From Candidatus Palauibacter sp. (GTDB taxonomy: Bacteria > Gemmatimonadota > Gemmatimonadetes > Palauibacterales > Palauibacteraceae): a DNA stretch of 64,000 nucleotides. Under the pieces are notes generated by a model. It ran no database searches. It was not told the origin of the DNA and was given only the letters and a program-made list of their open reading frames with translations. The stretch spans positions 1,013,411 to 1,077,410 of the forward strand of contig NZ_OZ244149.1 in NCBI RefSeq assembly GCF_965216145.1, given 5' to 3'. Below, piece after piece: positions 1 to 10,719 of the stretch. The translations under genes and the position numbers were made by a program. Position 1 is the stretch's first letter; each line of letters begins with the position of its first letter.

Positions 1-1296
1 GCCGGGATCGAGTGGCTGAAGGCGCCGTATTTCCCGTCCGGGGTCGAGGCGCGCCCCGAAGGCTGGCCGGAGACACGCGAGGTTCCGTTCACGAGAGTCC
101 TCTACATCGATCGCGGCGACTTCGCCGAGGTACCGGAACCCGGGTTCAGGCGGCTCGCCCCGGGACGGGAAGTGCGCCTGCGGCACGGCTACTTCATCAC
201 CTGCCGAAGCGTGGACAAGGACGAGGCCGGTCGCGTGGTCCGGCTGCACTGCACCTGCGATCCGGAGACGAGAAGCGGCACGGCCCCTGACGGACGCCGG
301 CCGGCGGCGACGATCCACTGGGTTTCGGCGCCCCGCTCGTTGCCGATCGAGGTTCGTCTGTACGACCGGTTGTTCCGGACCCCGGACCCGACCGCTCGCG
401 CGGACAGGATGCGGGAGCGACTGAACCCGGACTCGCTTCAGATACTCTCGGAAGCGCGGGCCGAACCCAGCCTGGCGGCGGACCCGCGCGAGACGACGTA
501 TCAGTTCGAGCGGCTGGGCTACTTCATCCGGGACCGCGCGACGCGGGCCGTGGCGACCGTCGTGGGCGCGGACGGCGCGGTTCGTCCCGGCGCGCCGCTC
601 GTGTTCAACCGAACGGTCACGCTGCGCGACGCGTGGGTGAGGCGGGCGGTGGCGGACGCCGGCGGCGCGGACGCGTCCCCGACGACCGACGCCACGTCCG
701 GGCCGGCGACGCCGGGCGTCGACACGGGCCGCGAAGCCCGTGACGCCGTTCGGGGGGCCGACCCGGCGCTTCAGGCCGCCTTCCACCGTCTTCGGGAGCA
801 ACTGGGGTTGCCCGACGACCTCGCCGATCTGATCAGCGGTTCCGGGGCATCCGTCCGCTATTATGATCAGGCCATTCGCGACGGGACCGACCCGGTCGCC
901 GTAGCGAACTGGCTCGTGCACGAGGTCCGGGGGGCCGGCGCCAGCGGCGGCGATGCAGGCGCACTCGATCCGGAGGCGCTGGCTGCGCTCGTCGGGCTGG
1001 TGCAGAATGAGGAGATCTCCCGCTCCGTGGCGAAGTCCCTCCTCGCGCGACTCGTCGAGAGCGGAGGCGACCCGCGCGAGATCGTCGAACGGGAAGGGCT
1101 CGGTCGCATCGGTGACGTGGGGCGGATTCGCCACATCGTCGATCGGGTCCTGGCGTCGCACCCGGCCGAGGTGGAGCGTTATGCGGCCGGCCAGATGGGA
1201 CTGATCGGATTCTTCGTCGGCCAGGTGATGCGCGCGACGGACGGGCGCGCGGACCCGACCATGGTCAAGCAACTCCTCGAGGAGAGCCTGAAATGA
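1..1296 (+). CDS. glnS: Glutamine--tRNA ligase with C-terminal YqeY/GatB-like domain (5' part outside window)
   Basis: Frame open from base 1. Anticodon-binding motifs RLAPGREVRLRHGY, ATIHWVS, RLYDRLF and YQFERLGYF, then the GatB/YqeY tail GFFVGQVMRATDGRADP. Confidence 0.93.
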   Translation, partial: AGIEWLKAPYFPSGVEARPEGWPETREVPFTRVLYIDRGDFAEVPEPGFRRLAPGREVRLRHGYFITCRSVDKDEAGRVVRLHCTCDPETRSGTAPDGRRPAATIHWVSAPRSLPIEVRLYDRLFRTPDPTARADRMRERLNPDSLQILSEARAEPSLAADPRETTYQFERLGYFIRDRATRAVATVVGADGAVRPGAPLVFNRTVTLRDAWVRRAVADAGGADASPTTDATSGPATPGVDTGREARDAVRGADPALQAAFHRLREQLGLPDDLADLISGSGASVRYYDQAIRDGTDPVAVANWLVHEVRGAGASGGDAGALDPEALAALVGLVQNEEISRSVAKSLLARLVESGGDPREIVEREGLGRIGDVGRIRHIVDRVLASHPAEVERYAAGQMGLIGFFVGQVMRATDGRADPTMVKQLLEESLK

Positions 1297-3440
1297 CGCT
1301 ACGAGACCCGCGGTCCGGATGGCGGAAGGCACCCCGAGCGGCGCTGTTCCTGCTCGGCTTGTCGACACCCTGGCTCGCTCTCCCACTCGCGGCGCAGGAA
1401 CCGGCGCCGGCCGACAGCGTGGTCTCGCTGGGCGAGCTGATCATCTCGGCGCTCAGGTCGCCGACTTCAGTGGGCGAGGTGCCCGTCAACGTGACGACGG
1501 TGACGCGCGAGGAACTTCGTCTCTCGGCGGCCCAGACGCTGCAGGACGTCCTCCAGGAAGTCCCCGGCCTGAACTTCCGATTCCCGTTCCAGGCCGGAGT
1601 CGCGCACCCTTCCTGGCAGGCCGTGACGCTGCGTGGACTGGGGGGAACCGCCGCCAGCCGGACGCTCGTGCTCGTCGATGGCGTACCCCTGAACGACCCC
1701 TACTTCGGCTGGGTACGCTGGAGCCAGGTCCCGGTGGAGGTGATCGAACGGATCGAGATCGTCCGCGGCGGGGCCACCGTCAGCTGGGGGAGCCAGAGCC
1801 TGGCGGGCGTCGTCCACGTAATCACTCGCTCGGGCGGCGGTGCCGGGTTCTCCGCCGGCGCGCAGGGAGGGAGCCAGTCCACCTTCCGCGGTGATGCGAT
1901 GGCGTCCTTCGGGGACGACCGCATCGGCGGATACGTGGCCGGCGAGTTCTTCGACAGTGGCGGCCACATCCTCACGGAACCCGGCCTGCGAGGTCCGGTG
2001 GACATCCCGTCCGCGTCGAGCCACGGCGCGCTGCGCGCGAAGGTCGAACTCCAGGCCGGGGACCGGCTCCGCATCCACGCCCAGGGGAACTACTTCGATC
2101 AGGACAAGGACAACGCGACGCCGCTCCGGAACAACACCACGGAAGCGGGATTCGGACAGATCGGGGCCACGCTCACGGGGAGCGACGGGTCCGCGCTCAC
2201 CCTGAATGCGTTCATCCAGTCCCAGTCCTACGTGAACTCGTTCTCGAGCGTCGACGGAACGCGCGGCAGCGAGCAACCCTCGATCAGCCAGGACGTCCCA
2301 TCTTCGGGGATCGGGGCGAACCTCGTGTGGCAGAAGCCCGGACTCGGCAGGCACGCCCTGACGCTGGGGGCCGATCTCCTCGGCGCGACCGGCGACGCGA
2401 CCGAGCAGTTCCTCTTCGATGACGGCGCCTTCGCGAGACAGCGGGAGACCGGAGGCGATCAGACGCTGTACGGTTTCTTCGCCCAGGACCGGATCCGGGT
2501 CGGCGACCGCTGGCAGCTGTACGGCGGGCTCCGCCTCGACGTGTGGCGGAACTCCGCGGGCTCCCGGCACATCTTCGGGATCGCGGACGGAAACGTCCTT
2601 ACCGACGACACGTTCGAGGACCGTAGCGGCACCCAACTGAGCCACAACCTCGGTTTCCTGCACGACGTTTCGGACGCCGTCGCGGTGCGTGGCAGCTTCT
2701 ACAGCGGCCTCCGAGTCCCCACCCTCAACGAGCTGTACAAGCCGTTCCGGGCGGCGGGCAACGTCGTCAACGAGTCCAACGAGGCGCTGGACCCGGAGCG
2801 GGTCCTCGGCGCCGAACTGGGCCTCGATCTGCAGCCCGATCCGTCCGTGTTGATTCGCCTCACGGGCTTCTGGGCCCGCGTGAGCGACGCGATCACCGAC
2901 GTGACCATTCAGGAGGCCGAGACCTCCGGGGTCATCCAGCCGTGCGGGTTCGTCCCCGCCGGAGGGGTATGCCGCCGCCGCGACAACGTGGGCACGCTGC
3001 GGAGCCTGGGACTGGAGACCGAAGTCGAGGTACGCCCGGCGCCAGCCTGGCTGCTGGCGGTGAACCACCAGTTCAATCCAACGGAGGTCACCGACGCGCC
3101 GGGGAGACCGGATCTGATCGGCAACGAAGTGCAGGGAAGCCCCACGCACCGCGCCATGCTGCGGGTCGGCCATATCGATCCGACGACGCTCGAAGTGGTC
3201 GTGACGGGCCGATACCTGGGCGCCCGGTTCGACAACGACCTCAACACGGGTGAGATCGACGCGTCGTTCCTCCTCGATCTCCGCGTTCGGCGTCAGCTCA
3301 CGAGCCGGCTGAGTGCGTTCGCGAGTGTGCAGAACATCTTCGACACGATCGCGGAGATGTCGCACGACGCGAACGACTTCGTGCGCGTGGGGGGCCCGCG
3401 CACCTTCGTCGGCGGTATGCGGGTGCGGTTCGGCGGCTGA
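1293..3440 (+). CDS. TonB-dependent receptor
   Basis: Signal peptide, plug motifs (LRGLGG..RTLVLVDGVPLND, IERIEIVRG) and a beta-barrel-like C-terminus. Confidence 0.92.
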   Translation: MTLRDPRSGWRKAPRAALFLLGLSTPWLALPLAAQEPAPADSVVSLGELIISALRSPTSVGEVPVNVTTVTREELRLSAAQTLQDVLQEVPGLNFRFPFQAGVAHPSWQAVTLRGLGGTAASRTLVLVDGVPLNDPYFGWVRWSQVPVEVIERIEIVRGGATVSWGSQSLAGVVHVITRSGGGAGFSAGAQGGSQSTFRGDAMASFGDDRIGGYVAGEFFDSGGHILTEPGLRGPVDIPSASSHGALRAKVELQAGDRLRIHAQGNYFDQDKDNATPLRNNTTEAGFGQIGATLTGSDGSALTLNAFIQSQSYVNSFSSVDGTRGSEQPSISQDVPSSGIGANLVWQKPGLGRHALTLGADLLGATGDATEQFLFDDGAFARQRETGGDQTLYGFFAQDRIRVGDRWQLYGGLRLDVWRNSAGSRHIFGIADGNVLTDDTFEDRSGTQLSHNLGFLHDVSDAVAVRGSFYSGLRVPTLNELYKPFRAAGNVVNESNEALDPERVLGAELGLDLQPDPSVLIRLTGFWARVSDAITDVTIQEAETSGVIQPCGFVPAGGVCRRRDNVGTLRSLGLETEVEVRPAPAWLLAVNHQFNPTEVTDAPGRPDLIGNEVQGSPTHRAMLRVGHIDPTTLEVVVTGRYLGARFDNDLNTGEIDASFLLDLRVRRQLTSRLSAFASVQNIFDTIAEMSHDANDFVRVGGPRTFVGGMRVRFGG

Positions 3441-3455
3441 GCGTCCGGCCGCGCC

Positions 3456-5285
3456 TCAGCCGTCGAGCGTGAGGCGCGCCTGGAGGGCGTCGATCTCGCT
3501 CCGCAGCTCCGCGACGAGGTCTTCCAGCGGGACGATCCGGCTCTCCCTGACGCCCCGGTGGCCGAGTTCGGCCCCGCCCGCCGCCACCGAACGCTCGCCG
3601 ATGACGAGGCGGAGGGGGAAGCCGCGCAGATCGGCGTCGTTGAACTTCACGCCCGCGCGGAGGTCCCGCCGGTCGTCGTAGAGGACCTCGATCCCGGCCG
3701 CGCACAGTTCGTCGAACACCCGGTCCGCGACCGACCAGGTTTCCTCCTCACGCGCCAGCCCCACCAGCGAGACGTGATAGGGGGCGACGGAGATCGGGAG
3801 CCGGAGCCCGTACTCGTCGTGGTGCTCCTCGGCGACGGAGGCGAGCAGGCGGCCGACGCCGATTCCGTAGGAGCCCATCCAGATCGGGCGCTCGACCCCT
3901 TCCTCGTCCGTGAACGTGGCCTCGAGTGCCTCCGAGTAACGGGTGCCGAGCTGGAAGATGTTCCCCACTTCCACGCCGCGAGCCATGCGCAGGCCCTCGC
4001 CGCACCCGCCGCACGGGGCACCCTCGAACGCGGCGGCGACCGGGCCGACGAGTGTGGGCTCGTAGTCGCGGCCACAGCAGACGTTGCGCAGGTGGTGGTC
4101 CGCCTCGTTCGCGCCCATCACGAGGTTGGGAGACGCGGCCACCCAGTGGTCGACGACGAAAATCGCCGCTCCGGGTTCGATGCCCACGGGCGAGGCAAAA
4201 CCCGGCACCATACCGGTTTCCGCGATCTCTTCCTCGTGCGCCGGACGTAGTTCGAGCGCTCCCGTCAGGTTCTGGACCTGTATCGAGTTTGCCTCGAGGT
4301 CCCCGCGCACGATGGCCGCGATCAGCTTCTCCTCGCGGGCGTCGGCCTCCCGTCCGAAGCTGCCGACGTAGAACACCATCTTGGCGGTCTCTCGCGCGGA
4401 AATCCCGAGCAGCGCGGTGAGGTCGGCGATCGTGGCGGTCTCCGGGGTGTGTACGCGCTCCATCCGCGACATCTCCCCGTCCGCGGGCTCGAGCGTGAAC
4501 TCGGCTACTTCCCGGTTCGCCGCATATCCGCAGGCATCGCACAGCGCGAGGCTGTCCTCGCCGATGGGCGTGACGTACATGAACTCGTGGGCGATCTTGC
4601 CGCCCATCATCCCGGTATCACTCTTCACGGCCGTCAGCGGCAGGCCGCAGCGGCGCCCGATGCGCTCGTAGGCCTCGTAGTGCCGGTCGTACTGCGCCTC
4701 GAGTCCCTCCCGATCCCGATCGAGCGAGTAGGAGTCCTTCATGGTGAACTCCCGTACACGGATCAGCCCGCCGCGTGAGCGGAGTTCGTCCCGGAACTTG
4801 GTCTGCATGTGATAGACCATGGCGGGGAGCTGGCGGTAGGACTGGATCTCGGAGGCCGTGTGAAAGGCCACCACTTCCTCGTGCGTCATCGCCAGCAGCA
4901 TGTCGCGCTCGCGCCGGTCCACGAAGCGAGCCATGGTCGCGTCGATGTCGTACCAGCGACCCGTCGCCTGCCACAGCTCCGCCGGATGCACGACCGGCAT
5001 CGACAGTTCCTGCCCGTCGATCCGATCCATCTCCTCGCGCAGGATCTGCTCGATCTTCCGGAGCGATCTCCAGGCGAGGGGAAGGTAGGAGAAGATGCCG
5101 GCGGCCAGCTGGCGCACGTAACCGGCCCTCAGGAGGAGTCTGTGAGATTCGATCTCGGCTTCCCCCGGGGCCTGCCGGAGGGTCACGCCGAAGAGATTGG
5201 AGACTCGCTGTCCAACGCGCTCGGTTCGATTCACGGGTCGATCGTTCAGAGGTGACGCGGGGCCGCCGGATGGGCGGAGAGACAC
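3456..5285 (-). CDS. proS: Proline--tRNA ligase (bacterial type with editing insertion); true start probably slightly downstream
   Basis: SHRLLLRAGYVRQ, THEE, QTKFRDE, REFTMKDSYS, EVGNIFQLG, GSYGIGVGR. Confidence 0.97.
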   Translation of the reverse strand: MSLRPSGGPASPLNDRPVNRTERVGQRVSNLFGVTLRQAPGEAEIESHRLLLRAGYVRQLAAGIFSYLPLAWRSLRKIEQILREEMDRIDGQELSMPVVHPAELWQATGRWYDIDATMARFVDRRERDMLLAMTHEEVVAFHTASEIQSYRQLPAMVYHMQTKFRDELRSRGGLIRVREFTMKDSYSLDRDREGLEAQYDRHYEAYERIGRRCGLPLTAVKSDTGMMGGKIAHEFMYVTPIGEDSLALCDACGYAANREVAEFTLEPADGEMSRMERVHTPETATIADLTALLGISARETAKMVFYVGSFGREADAREEKLIAAIVRGDLEANSIQVQNLTGALELRPAHEEEIAETGMVPGFASPVGIEPGAAIFVVDHWVAASPNLVMGANEADHHLRNVCCGRDYEPTLVGPVAAAFEGAPCGGCGEGLRMARGVEVGNIFQLGTRYSEALEATFTDEEGVERPIWMGSYGIGVGRLLASVAEEHHDEYGLRLPISVAPYHVSLVGLAREEETWSVADRVFDELCAAGIEVLYDDRRDLRAGVKFNDADLRGFPLRLVIGERSVAAGGAELGHRGVRESRIVPLEDLVAELRSEIDALQARLTLDG

Positions 5286-5387
5286 GCGACGCTAACGGAA
5301 CCGCTGTTCACGGGCCAGTTTCGCCATAAGATACGCGCCCCGTTCTCCTGCGAACGAAGCCACGACCTCAGCCCCGAGGAGCTTCCC

Positions 5388-5750
5388 GTGTCTCGAGTAT
5401 CCGCAGCGACCGCCGCGAGGGGACCGGCGACCCTCGCCCTCGTAACCCTGCTGGCGGCACCCGCCGCAGCCCGGTCTCTCGGCGCCCAGGAAGCGAAGGG
5501 TCCGCCCTCGGAACTGGCGGCCGCTGGATCAAGGCGCAGTTCGACGAGATCTCCGCCGCCTGCGGCGGCTGTCTCGAAGTCTCGTACCAGACCTCGTACG
5601 TGGGCGGGACCGAGCGCATCCCCGATACGACCGCGGTCGTCAACGTGCTTGCGATCCAGCGGGGCACGACCCGTCGTCTTTCCGTGGCCGATCGGCGCCT
5701 ATGAGCCGCTGCAGTGGCTGGGTCGCGACCCGGGGCCGGAGGACCACTGA
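5388..5750 (+). pseudogene. Remnant of a secreted M28-type peptidase N-terminus
   Basis: Signal-peptide-like start, then in another frame RWIKAQFDEISAACGGCLEVSYQ...VVNVLAIQRGTT, typical of M28 peptidases. Catalytic part absent. Confidence 0.55.
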
Positions 5751-5769
5751 ACCCTCCCGGCGCCGGGAA

Positions 5770-6441
5770 CTACGCGCGCCGCCAAGCCCAACGGAAGAGG
5801 AAGAAGCAGAACAGGAGAGCGACCGCGATCCACACGCCGCCCCAGACCATCGTCGGCACCCCCGTGAGTTCGGCGAGCATGCGTGCGTCCGAGCGCAGCT
5901 CCGGGCGGTCCAGGATGTCGCTCTTGATGTCGAGCACCGCGTACAGGCAACTGACGAGACCGAGCGTGGTCAGTACCCACCGACTGACTCTCCAGCCGCC
6001 GCGCCACGCGACGACGAGGAGCGCGGCGGCGAACGCCAGTCCGAACGCCGCCGCGAACGGCTCGCGCACGAAGATCAGCGTGACGCTCGCCACGGTCACC
6101 GCGATCGCCGCGGCGAGCCAGGCGCTGAAGGCCGGAAAGCGCTCCGCGCCCCAGATCATGAGTCCGCCCCAGAGGAGGCTCCCCAGGTAGCCTGCGGACA
6201 GCGCCACGAACGCGTTGCCCCCGGGGCACCGGCACGATCCGCCCTCGAGCGGCGTGATCTCGATGGCGAGAATCTCGCCTCCGGTCGCCAGCGTCGCCAA
6301 CCCGTGACTGATCTCGTGGAGCAGGACGACGAACAGCTTGACCGGGTACACGAACGGCGTGTTCCAGAGGAACCAGACCGCGGCGAAGAGCACGCCGGAG
6401 ACGGCCAGGAAGCGGAGTCGTCGTTTCGATCGGTCGTCCAT
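5770..6441 (-). CDS. M50 family (M50B-like) membrane metallopeptidase
   Basis: HEISH motif, SAGYLG, SDA motif and multiple TM helices; start taken at MDDRS. Confidence 0.85.
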   Translation of the reverse strand: MDDRSKRRLRFLAVSGVLFAAVWFLWNTPFVYPVKLFVVLLHEISHGLATLATGGEILAIEITPLEGGSCRCPGGNAFVALSAGYLGSLLWGGLMIWGAERFPAFSAWLAAAIAVTVASVTLIFVREPFAAAFGLAFAAALLVVAWRGGWRVSRWVLTTLGLVSCLYAVLDIKSDILDRPELRSDARMLAELTGVPTMVWGGVWIAVALLFCFFLFRWAWRRA

Positions 6442-6502
6442 GGATCTCCCGTACGGCCCGCGGCCGCCGCGTGTGTCGGTCGCCACGGAGCCCGGCGGTT
6501 CG

Positions 6503-7555
6503 CTAGAGCAGGAAGACGAGCGCGAGCAGCGTCATCCCCACCCCCGCCAGGGCGAAGACCGGCACCTCCCGGTCGAACCAGCAGCGGCTGACGGCAAAGA
6601 TAAGCGAGAAGAGCCCCAGGGTCCCGTACACGGGAAGCAATACCTCCGACCATTCCGCCCGCGAATTGAGGCCGAGTACCGCGAGTCCCGAGGCCAGGGT
6701 GGCGACGAAGAGCGAGCGCTCGTCCAGCAGCGGCGGCTGCGGCCAGCGTGTGGCGGGCAGCCGGCCCGAGAGCGCGAACGGCGCCAGCAGGAGGGCCTCG
6801 CACAGAATCGCCACTTTCCAGATCTGCTGCGCCGGCCCCGCGACCAGGAACGCGTCGCTGAAGGCGGCGAAACCCATCGATGTCGCGGACGCGGCTCCCA
6901 TCACATAGAGGCCGTAGGCGATGATGCGCCCCGAGATGCGCGCGGCGTGAAAGGTCCCCGGGGCATCCCGCCGCAGTCGCAGCGCCGGCACCATTTCCAC
7001 CGGCCAACATCGGACGCCCGCGGGGAGCCACCGGGAGCGTCGCGTCGCCGCGAGCAACCGCCCTCCGAGCGCGCGTACTTCTCCGGCCTCGCGCGCGGAG
7101 AACTCCCCGCGCTCGACCGCCGCGCGCAGTTCCTCCTCATCGAGCAACACACCCCGGCCGTCCGCGGGCACCCACACGTCGAGATAGAGATCCTCGATGA
7201 CCCAGGGCGGCGATTCCATCCGCGGGGGCCGTATGAGGTTGATGTAATAGCCCTGGAACGTCCCTCGCGCGTGGTGGAAGGCACCGATCTCGAACGGCTT
7301 CCCGGGCCACAGATACCACATGAGCAGTGAACCCGGGCGGAGGGTCGTGGAATCGTCGATCCTCACGGGCGGGAACCCGGCGTCGAGAAGTTGAAGCGTG
7401 ATTTTCAGCTCGGGGCCGTCTGCCAGCAGTTCCTGACGGAACCGTTTTATGTCGGCGCCTCGGTGGACCCCCACATCCACGAAGGGCGCCGTGTCGGGGA
7501 TCCGCCGGGCAGCCCGCAGCGCCCGTCGGCGTGCGCCGAAGAGGTCGAAGCCCAC
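6503..7555 (-). CDS. DUF402-like domain fused to a C-terminal multi-TM domain
   Basis: GYYINL...DLYLDVWV...LLDEEEL matches DUF402; hydrophobic helices follow residue ~210. Confidence 0.7.
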   Translation of the reverse strand: MGFDLFGARRRALRAARRIPDTAPFVDVGVHRGADIKRFRQELLADGPELKITLQLLDAGFPPVRIDDSTTLRPGSLLMWYLWPGKPFEIGAFHHARGTFQGYYINLIRPPRMESPPWVIEDLYLDVWVPADGRGVLLDEEELRAAVERGEFSAREAGEVRALGGRLLAATRRSRWLPAGVRCWPVEMVPALRLRRDAPGTFHAARISGRIIAYGLYVMGAASATSMGFAAFSDAFLVAGPAQQIWKVAILCEALLLAPFALSGRLPATRWPQPPLLDERSLFVATLASGLAVLGLNSRAEWSEVLLPVYGTLGLFSLIFAVSRCWFDREVPVFALAGVGMTLLALVFLL

Positions 7556-7561
7556 CCGGGG

Positions 7562-9703
7562 CTAAGCGGCGGTGAGCGAACCGCCCGCGTCCGCAACCCT
7601 GTCCAACGCCGGCGCCGGAGAGAACCGCTCGCCACGGAGGTCGCTCAACTCCCGCAGGCGGTCGCGGACCGAGCGGACGCCCAGCGCTTCGGCCCAGGCC
7701 AGCGGACCGCCCCGGTACGGCGGGAAACCCGTACCCAGGACCATCGCGAGATCCACATCTCCCGCGCGGGCGACGACGCCCTCCGAGAGCGCGTACATGG
7801 CCTCGTTCACGAGGATCAGCAAACAGCGGTCGACGATCTCCGCCGTCTTCACGCCGCGGCGCCTGGAGGCGAACGCGCGGGAAACCTCCCGGTCGACCCT
7901 TTCCTCCCGACCGGAGTACGTGTAGAAGCCGCGGCCGTTCTTCTTCCCCAGCCGGCCCAGATGCGTGAGCGTGTCGAGCGCCGGCGACGGTCTCATGCGG
8001 TCCCCGAACGCGCGAGTCATCTCCTTCGCGACGTGCCCCGCGATATCGAACCCGATCTCGTCCAGCAGTCGGCATGGACCCATCGGCATCCCGAACTCCT
8101 TCAGCGCCCGGTCGATTCCGGCCACGTCGGCTCCATCGGCGAGGAGGTACCCGGCCTCGTTCAGGTAGGTCGCCAGCAGTCGGTTGACGAGAAAGCCGGG
8201 TCGGTCGGCCACTAGCACCGCGGTCTTGCCGAGTCTCTCCGCCAGTCCGAACGCGGTGGCGAGCGCCGCCTCCGAGGAGGACTCGGTGCGGATGATCTCC
8301 ACGAGCGGCATGCGGTGGACCGGATTGAAGAAGTGCAGGCCCACGACGTTCTCCGGCCGGGCGGCTGCACGAGCCAGCTCGGTCACCGACAACGAGGAGG
8401 TGTTCGTTGCGAAGACGGCTCGCGGCGGGAGCACCTTCTCTACTTCCCGCAGGACCTGCTGCTTCACGGGCAGTCGTTCGACGACCGCCTCGACGACCAC
8501 ATCGACCTCGTCGAACTTCTCGTACGTGAGCGTCCCGTGGACGAGGGCGAACTTCAGACCGACTTCCGCGGGAGCGATGATGCCGCGCTTCCCCGCCTTC
8601 TGCAGCAGCTCGCTCGCGTGCCGAAGGCCCACGTCGAGCGCGTCCTGCTCGATATCCTTGAGGATGACGGAGATGTCGTTCGCGGCCGCGAGTTCCGCGA
8701 TCCCTCCGCCCATGACGCCCGCGCCGAGTACGGCGACCCTTTCGATCGCCCCCGCCTGCGCGGCGATCTCGGGGGCCAGGGCCTTCCGGGCCGCCCGACC
8801 CAGTCTGAAGAGCCGCACGAGATTCCGGCCCACGTGGGTCGTCGCCACCTGTCCGAGAGCCTTCGCCTCGATCGCGAGCGCCTCGTCGATCCGCAGGTCC
8901 ATGGTCTCCCGGATCACATCGATCGCCGCCAGCGGGGCTGGATATCGCCCCTCCGTGGCGGCCAGAACCCGCTTTCGGGCACCACGGAACAGGAAGCGCC
9001 GCCCCAGCCCCGTGCCTTCCAGCAGTCGATCCCGCGTGGACAGACCGGGTTGCAGCCGCTCGACCTGGCCGAGCACCGCGTCCAGCGCCACCGTGGCGAT
9101 GGCGGCACGGAATCCCTCCCGCGGGACGACCTGATCCACGAGGCCGTACCGGTGCGCGGTCGTGGCGGACAGGCTCCTCCCGGTGAGGATCATGGTGAGG
9201 GCGCGTTGAATACCGATGAGCCGCGGAAGCCGGACCGACCCTCCGAAGCCGGGAATCAACCCGAGTCGAACTTCCGGCAGTCCGATCCGGGTGCTCGGCG
9301 AGTCCGAGGCGACGCGCCAATCGCAGGCCAGGGCGAGTTCCGTGCCTCCCCCGAGACAAACTCCGTCGATCGCCGCGATCTTCGGCACCCCGAGCCTTTC
9401 CAGCCGCCGGAATATCCGCTGACCCTCGGCGCTCTTCGCGCGGCCGTCCTCCGCATCCTCGATCTCCGCGATCTCGTCCACGTCGGCGCCGGCGATGAAG
9501 GTGCCGGGTTTTCCGCTCCACAGGACCACGGCAATCGGATAGCCGGTCGCGATGCGCGACTCGAGTTCCGCCAGACGTCGGTTGAGGGAGCGCATGAGGC
9601 CGGAGTCGAGCAGATTCACCCGTGAGTCGGGTGTGTCGAAGATCAGCCAGGCGATCTTGTTCGAGTCGATCTCAAGCCTGAGCGGGACAGGCGTCTCGAC
9701 CAT
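7562..9703 (-). CDS. fadJ: Fatty acid oxidation complex alpha subunit (enoyl-CoA hydratase/3-hydroxyacyl-CoA dehydrogenase)
   Basis: FIAGAD, CLGGGTELALACD, GLPEV, GAGVMGGGIA, ATNTSSL, GLHFFNPV. Confidence 0.9.
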   Translation of the reverse strand: MVETPVPLRLEIDSNKIAWLIFDTPDSRVNLLDSGLMRSLNRRLAELESRIATGYPIAVVLWSGKPGTFIAGADVDEIAEIEDAEDGRAKSAEGQRIFRRLERLGVPKIAAIDGVCLGGGTELALACDWRVASDSPSTRIGLPEVRLGLIPGFGGSVRLPRLIGIQRALTMILTGRSLSATTAHRYGLVDQVVPREGFRAAIATVALDAVLGQVERLQPGLSTRDRLLEGTGLGRRFLFRGARKRVLAATEGRYPAPLAAIDVIRETMDLRIDEALAIEAKALGQVATTHVGRNLVRLFRLGRAARKALAPEIAAQAGAIERVAVLGAGVMGGGIAELAAANDISVILKDIEQDALDVGLRHASELLQKAGKRGIIAPAEVGLKFALVHGTLTYEKFDEVDVVVEAVVERLPVKQQVLREVEKVLPPRAVFATNTSSLSVTELARAAARPENVVGLHFFNPVHRMPLVEIIRTESSSEAALATAFGLAERLGKTAVLVADRPGFLVNRLLATYLNEAGYLLADGADVAGIDRALKEFGMPMGPCRLLDEIGFDIAGHVAKEMTRAFGDRMRPSPALDTLTHLGRLGKKNGRGFYTYSGREERVDREVSRAFASRRRGVKTAEIVDRCLLILVNEAMYALSEGVVARAGDVDLAMVLGTGFPPYRGGPLAWAEALGVRSVRDRLRELSDLRGERFSPAPALDRVADAGGSLTAA

Positions 9704-9855
9704 GCGTAACCCGGCGATCTAGCGGGCGGGGCTGCGAGCGCACGAGATGCGCGGCGCCCGATCACGACGGGACCGGCGGGTCGTGACGAACCCCGCCGGC
9801 CACTCGCAGCGGGGCAGCGCGAGCTTCCCCGCCAAGTCTTTGGCCATGTCTCCGG

Positions 9856-10617
9856 CTAGCAGCGCTGACGGACGCCCTGGCGGAGTTCGGCGTTCCCGGA
9901 CCGCAGACGCAGCGTGTCGGGCGAAGCCCCTTCCACCACGACGTTCCAGTAGAGTTCGCCGGCGGCGGTGTTCAGGCGGGCGTGGACCCACCACGGACCA
10001 CCCGACGCCGCGGCGGAGGCCACGCCATCCGCGTCCGTCGTATCCGCCATCACCTCGCGGCCGAGTGCCACGAGCAGGTCGGCTTCCACGTCGCCGTACT
10101 CGGCGAAGGCCACTTCTTCCCAGGAGTCGATGACGATGCAGACGGAATCGATCCGTTGCTGGTTGACCTGCTGCATGTCGTCGAAGTCGTCGAACGCCGC
10201 CTGACGCCGGCGGTTCAGCGCCCGCTCCTCATCTTCCAGGTCCCCGAACTGGCTGAACAGTTCCAGATATTCCCGACTGCGATCATCGAGGTCCTCGAGG
10301 CGCTCCGTGATCGTCCGCATTTCATCGCGGACGTTGTTCCAGTTCATCTCCGCCTCGCTCCACATGTCCCGCAGTTCGCGCTCCGCCGTCGACGCCTCCT
10401 CGAGATCCGCCGGGATCGGGGGCTCGGGCGTCGCGGCCTGCGAGGAGATGACCACGAACAGGGAGTCGCGATCAAAGGGGAGGAACTGGACTTCGAGATC
10501 ATCGACCGGCGCGGCATCGGCGCCTTCCGCCAACACCTGCACGGTGATTCTGCCGCCACATGCGGTCAGCAGAGGGAGAGTCGCCAGCAGAGGGATCGCG
10601 AAACGCAACTTCGACAT
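9856..10617 (-). CDS. Hypothetical lipoprotein with a coiled coil
   Basis: Lipobox LTAC, acidic helical middle region, GC3-biased codons. Confidence 0.7.
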   Translation of the reverse strand: MSKLRFAIPLLATLPLLTACGGRITVQVLAEGADAAPVDDLEVQFLPFDRDSLFVVISSQAATPEPPIPADLEEASTAERELRDMWSEAEMNWNNVRDEMRTITERLEDLDDRSREYLELFSQFGDLEDEERALNRRRQAAFDDFDDMQQVNQQRIDSVCIVIDSWEEVAFAEYGDVEADLLVALGREVMADTTDADGVASAAASGGPWWVHARLNTAAGELYWNVVVEGASPDTLRLRSGNAELRQGVRQRC

Positions 10618-10719
10618 TCGATCAGGCTCCCGGTTCGAGTCTTCCAGAATGGTGACGACCGCGGTTCCCCACCCGCGAACGGATGGGGACCGCAGGGAGA
10701 CGAATGTAAGGAGCTTCCG

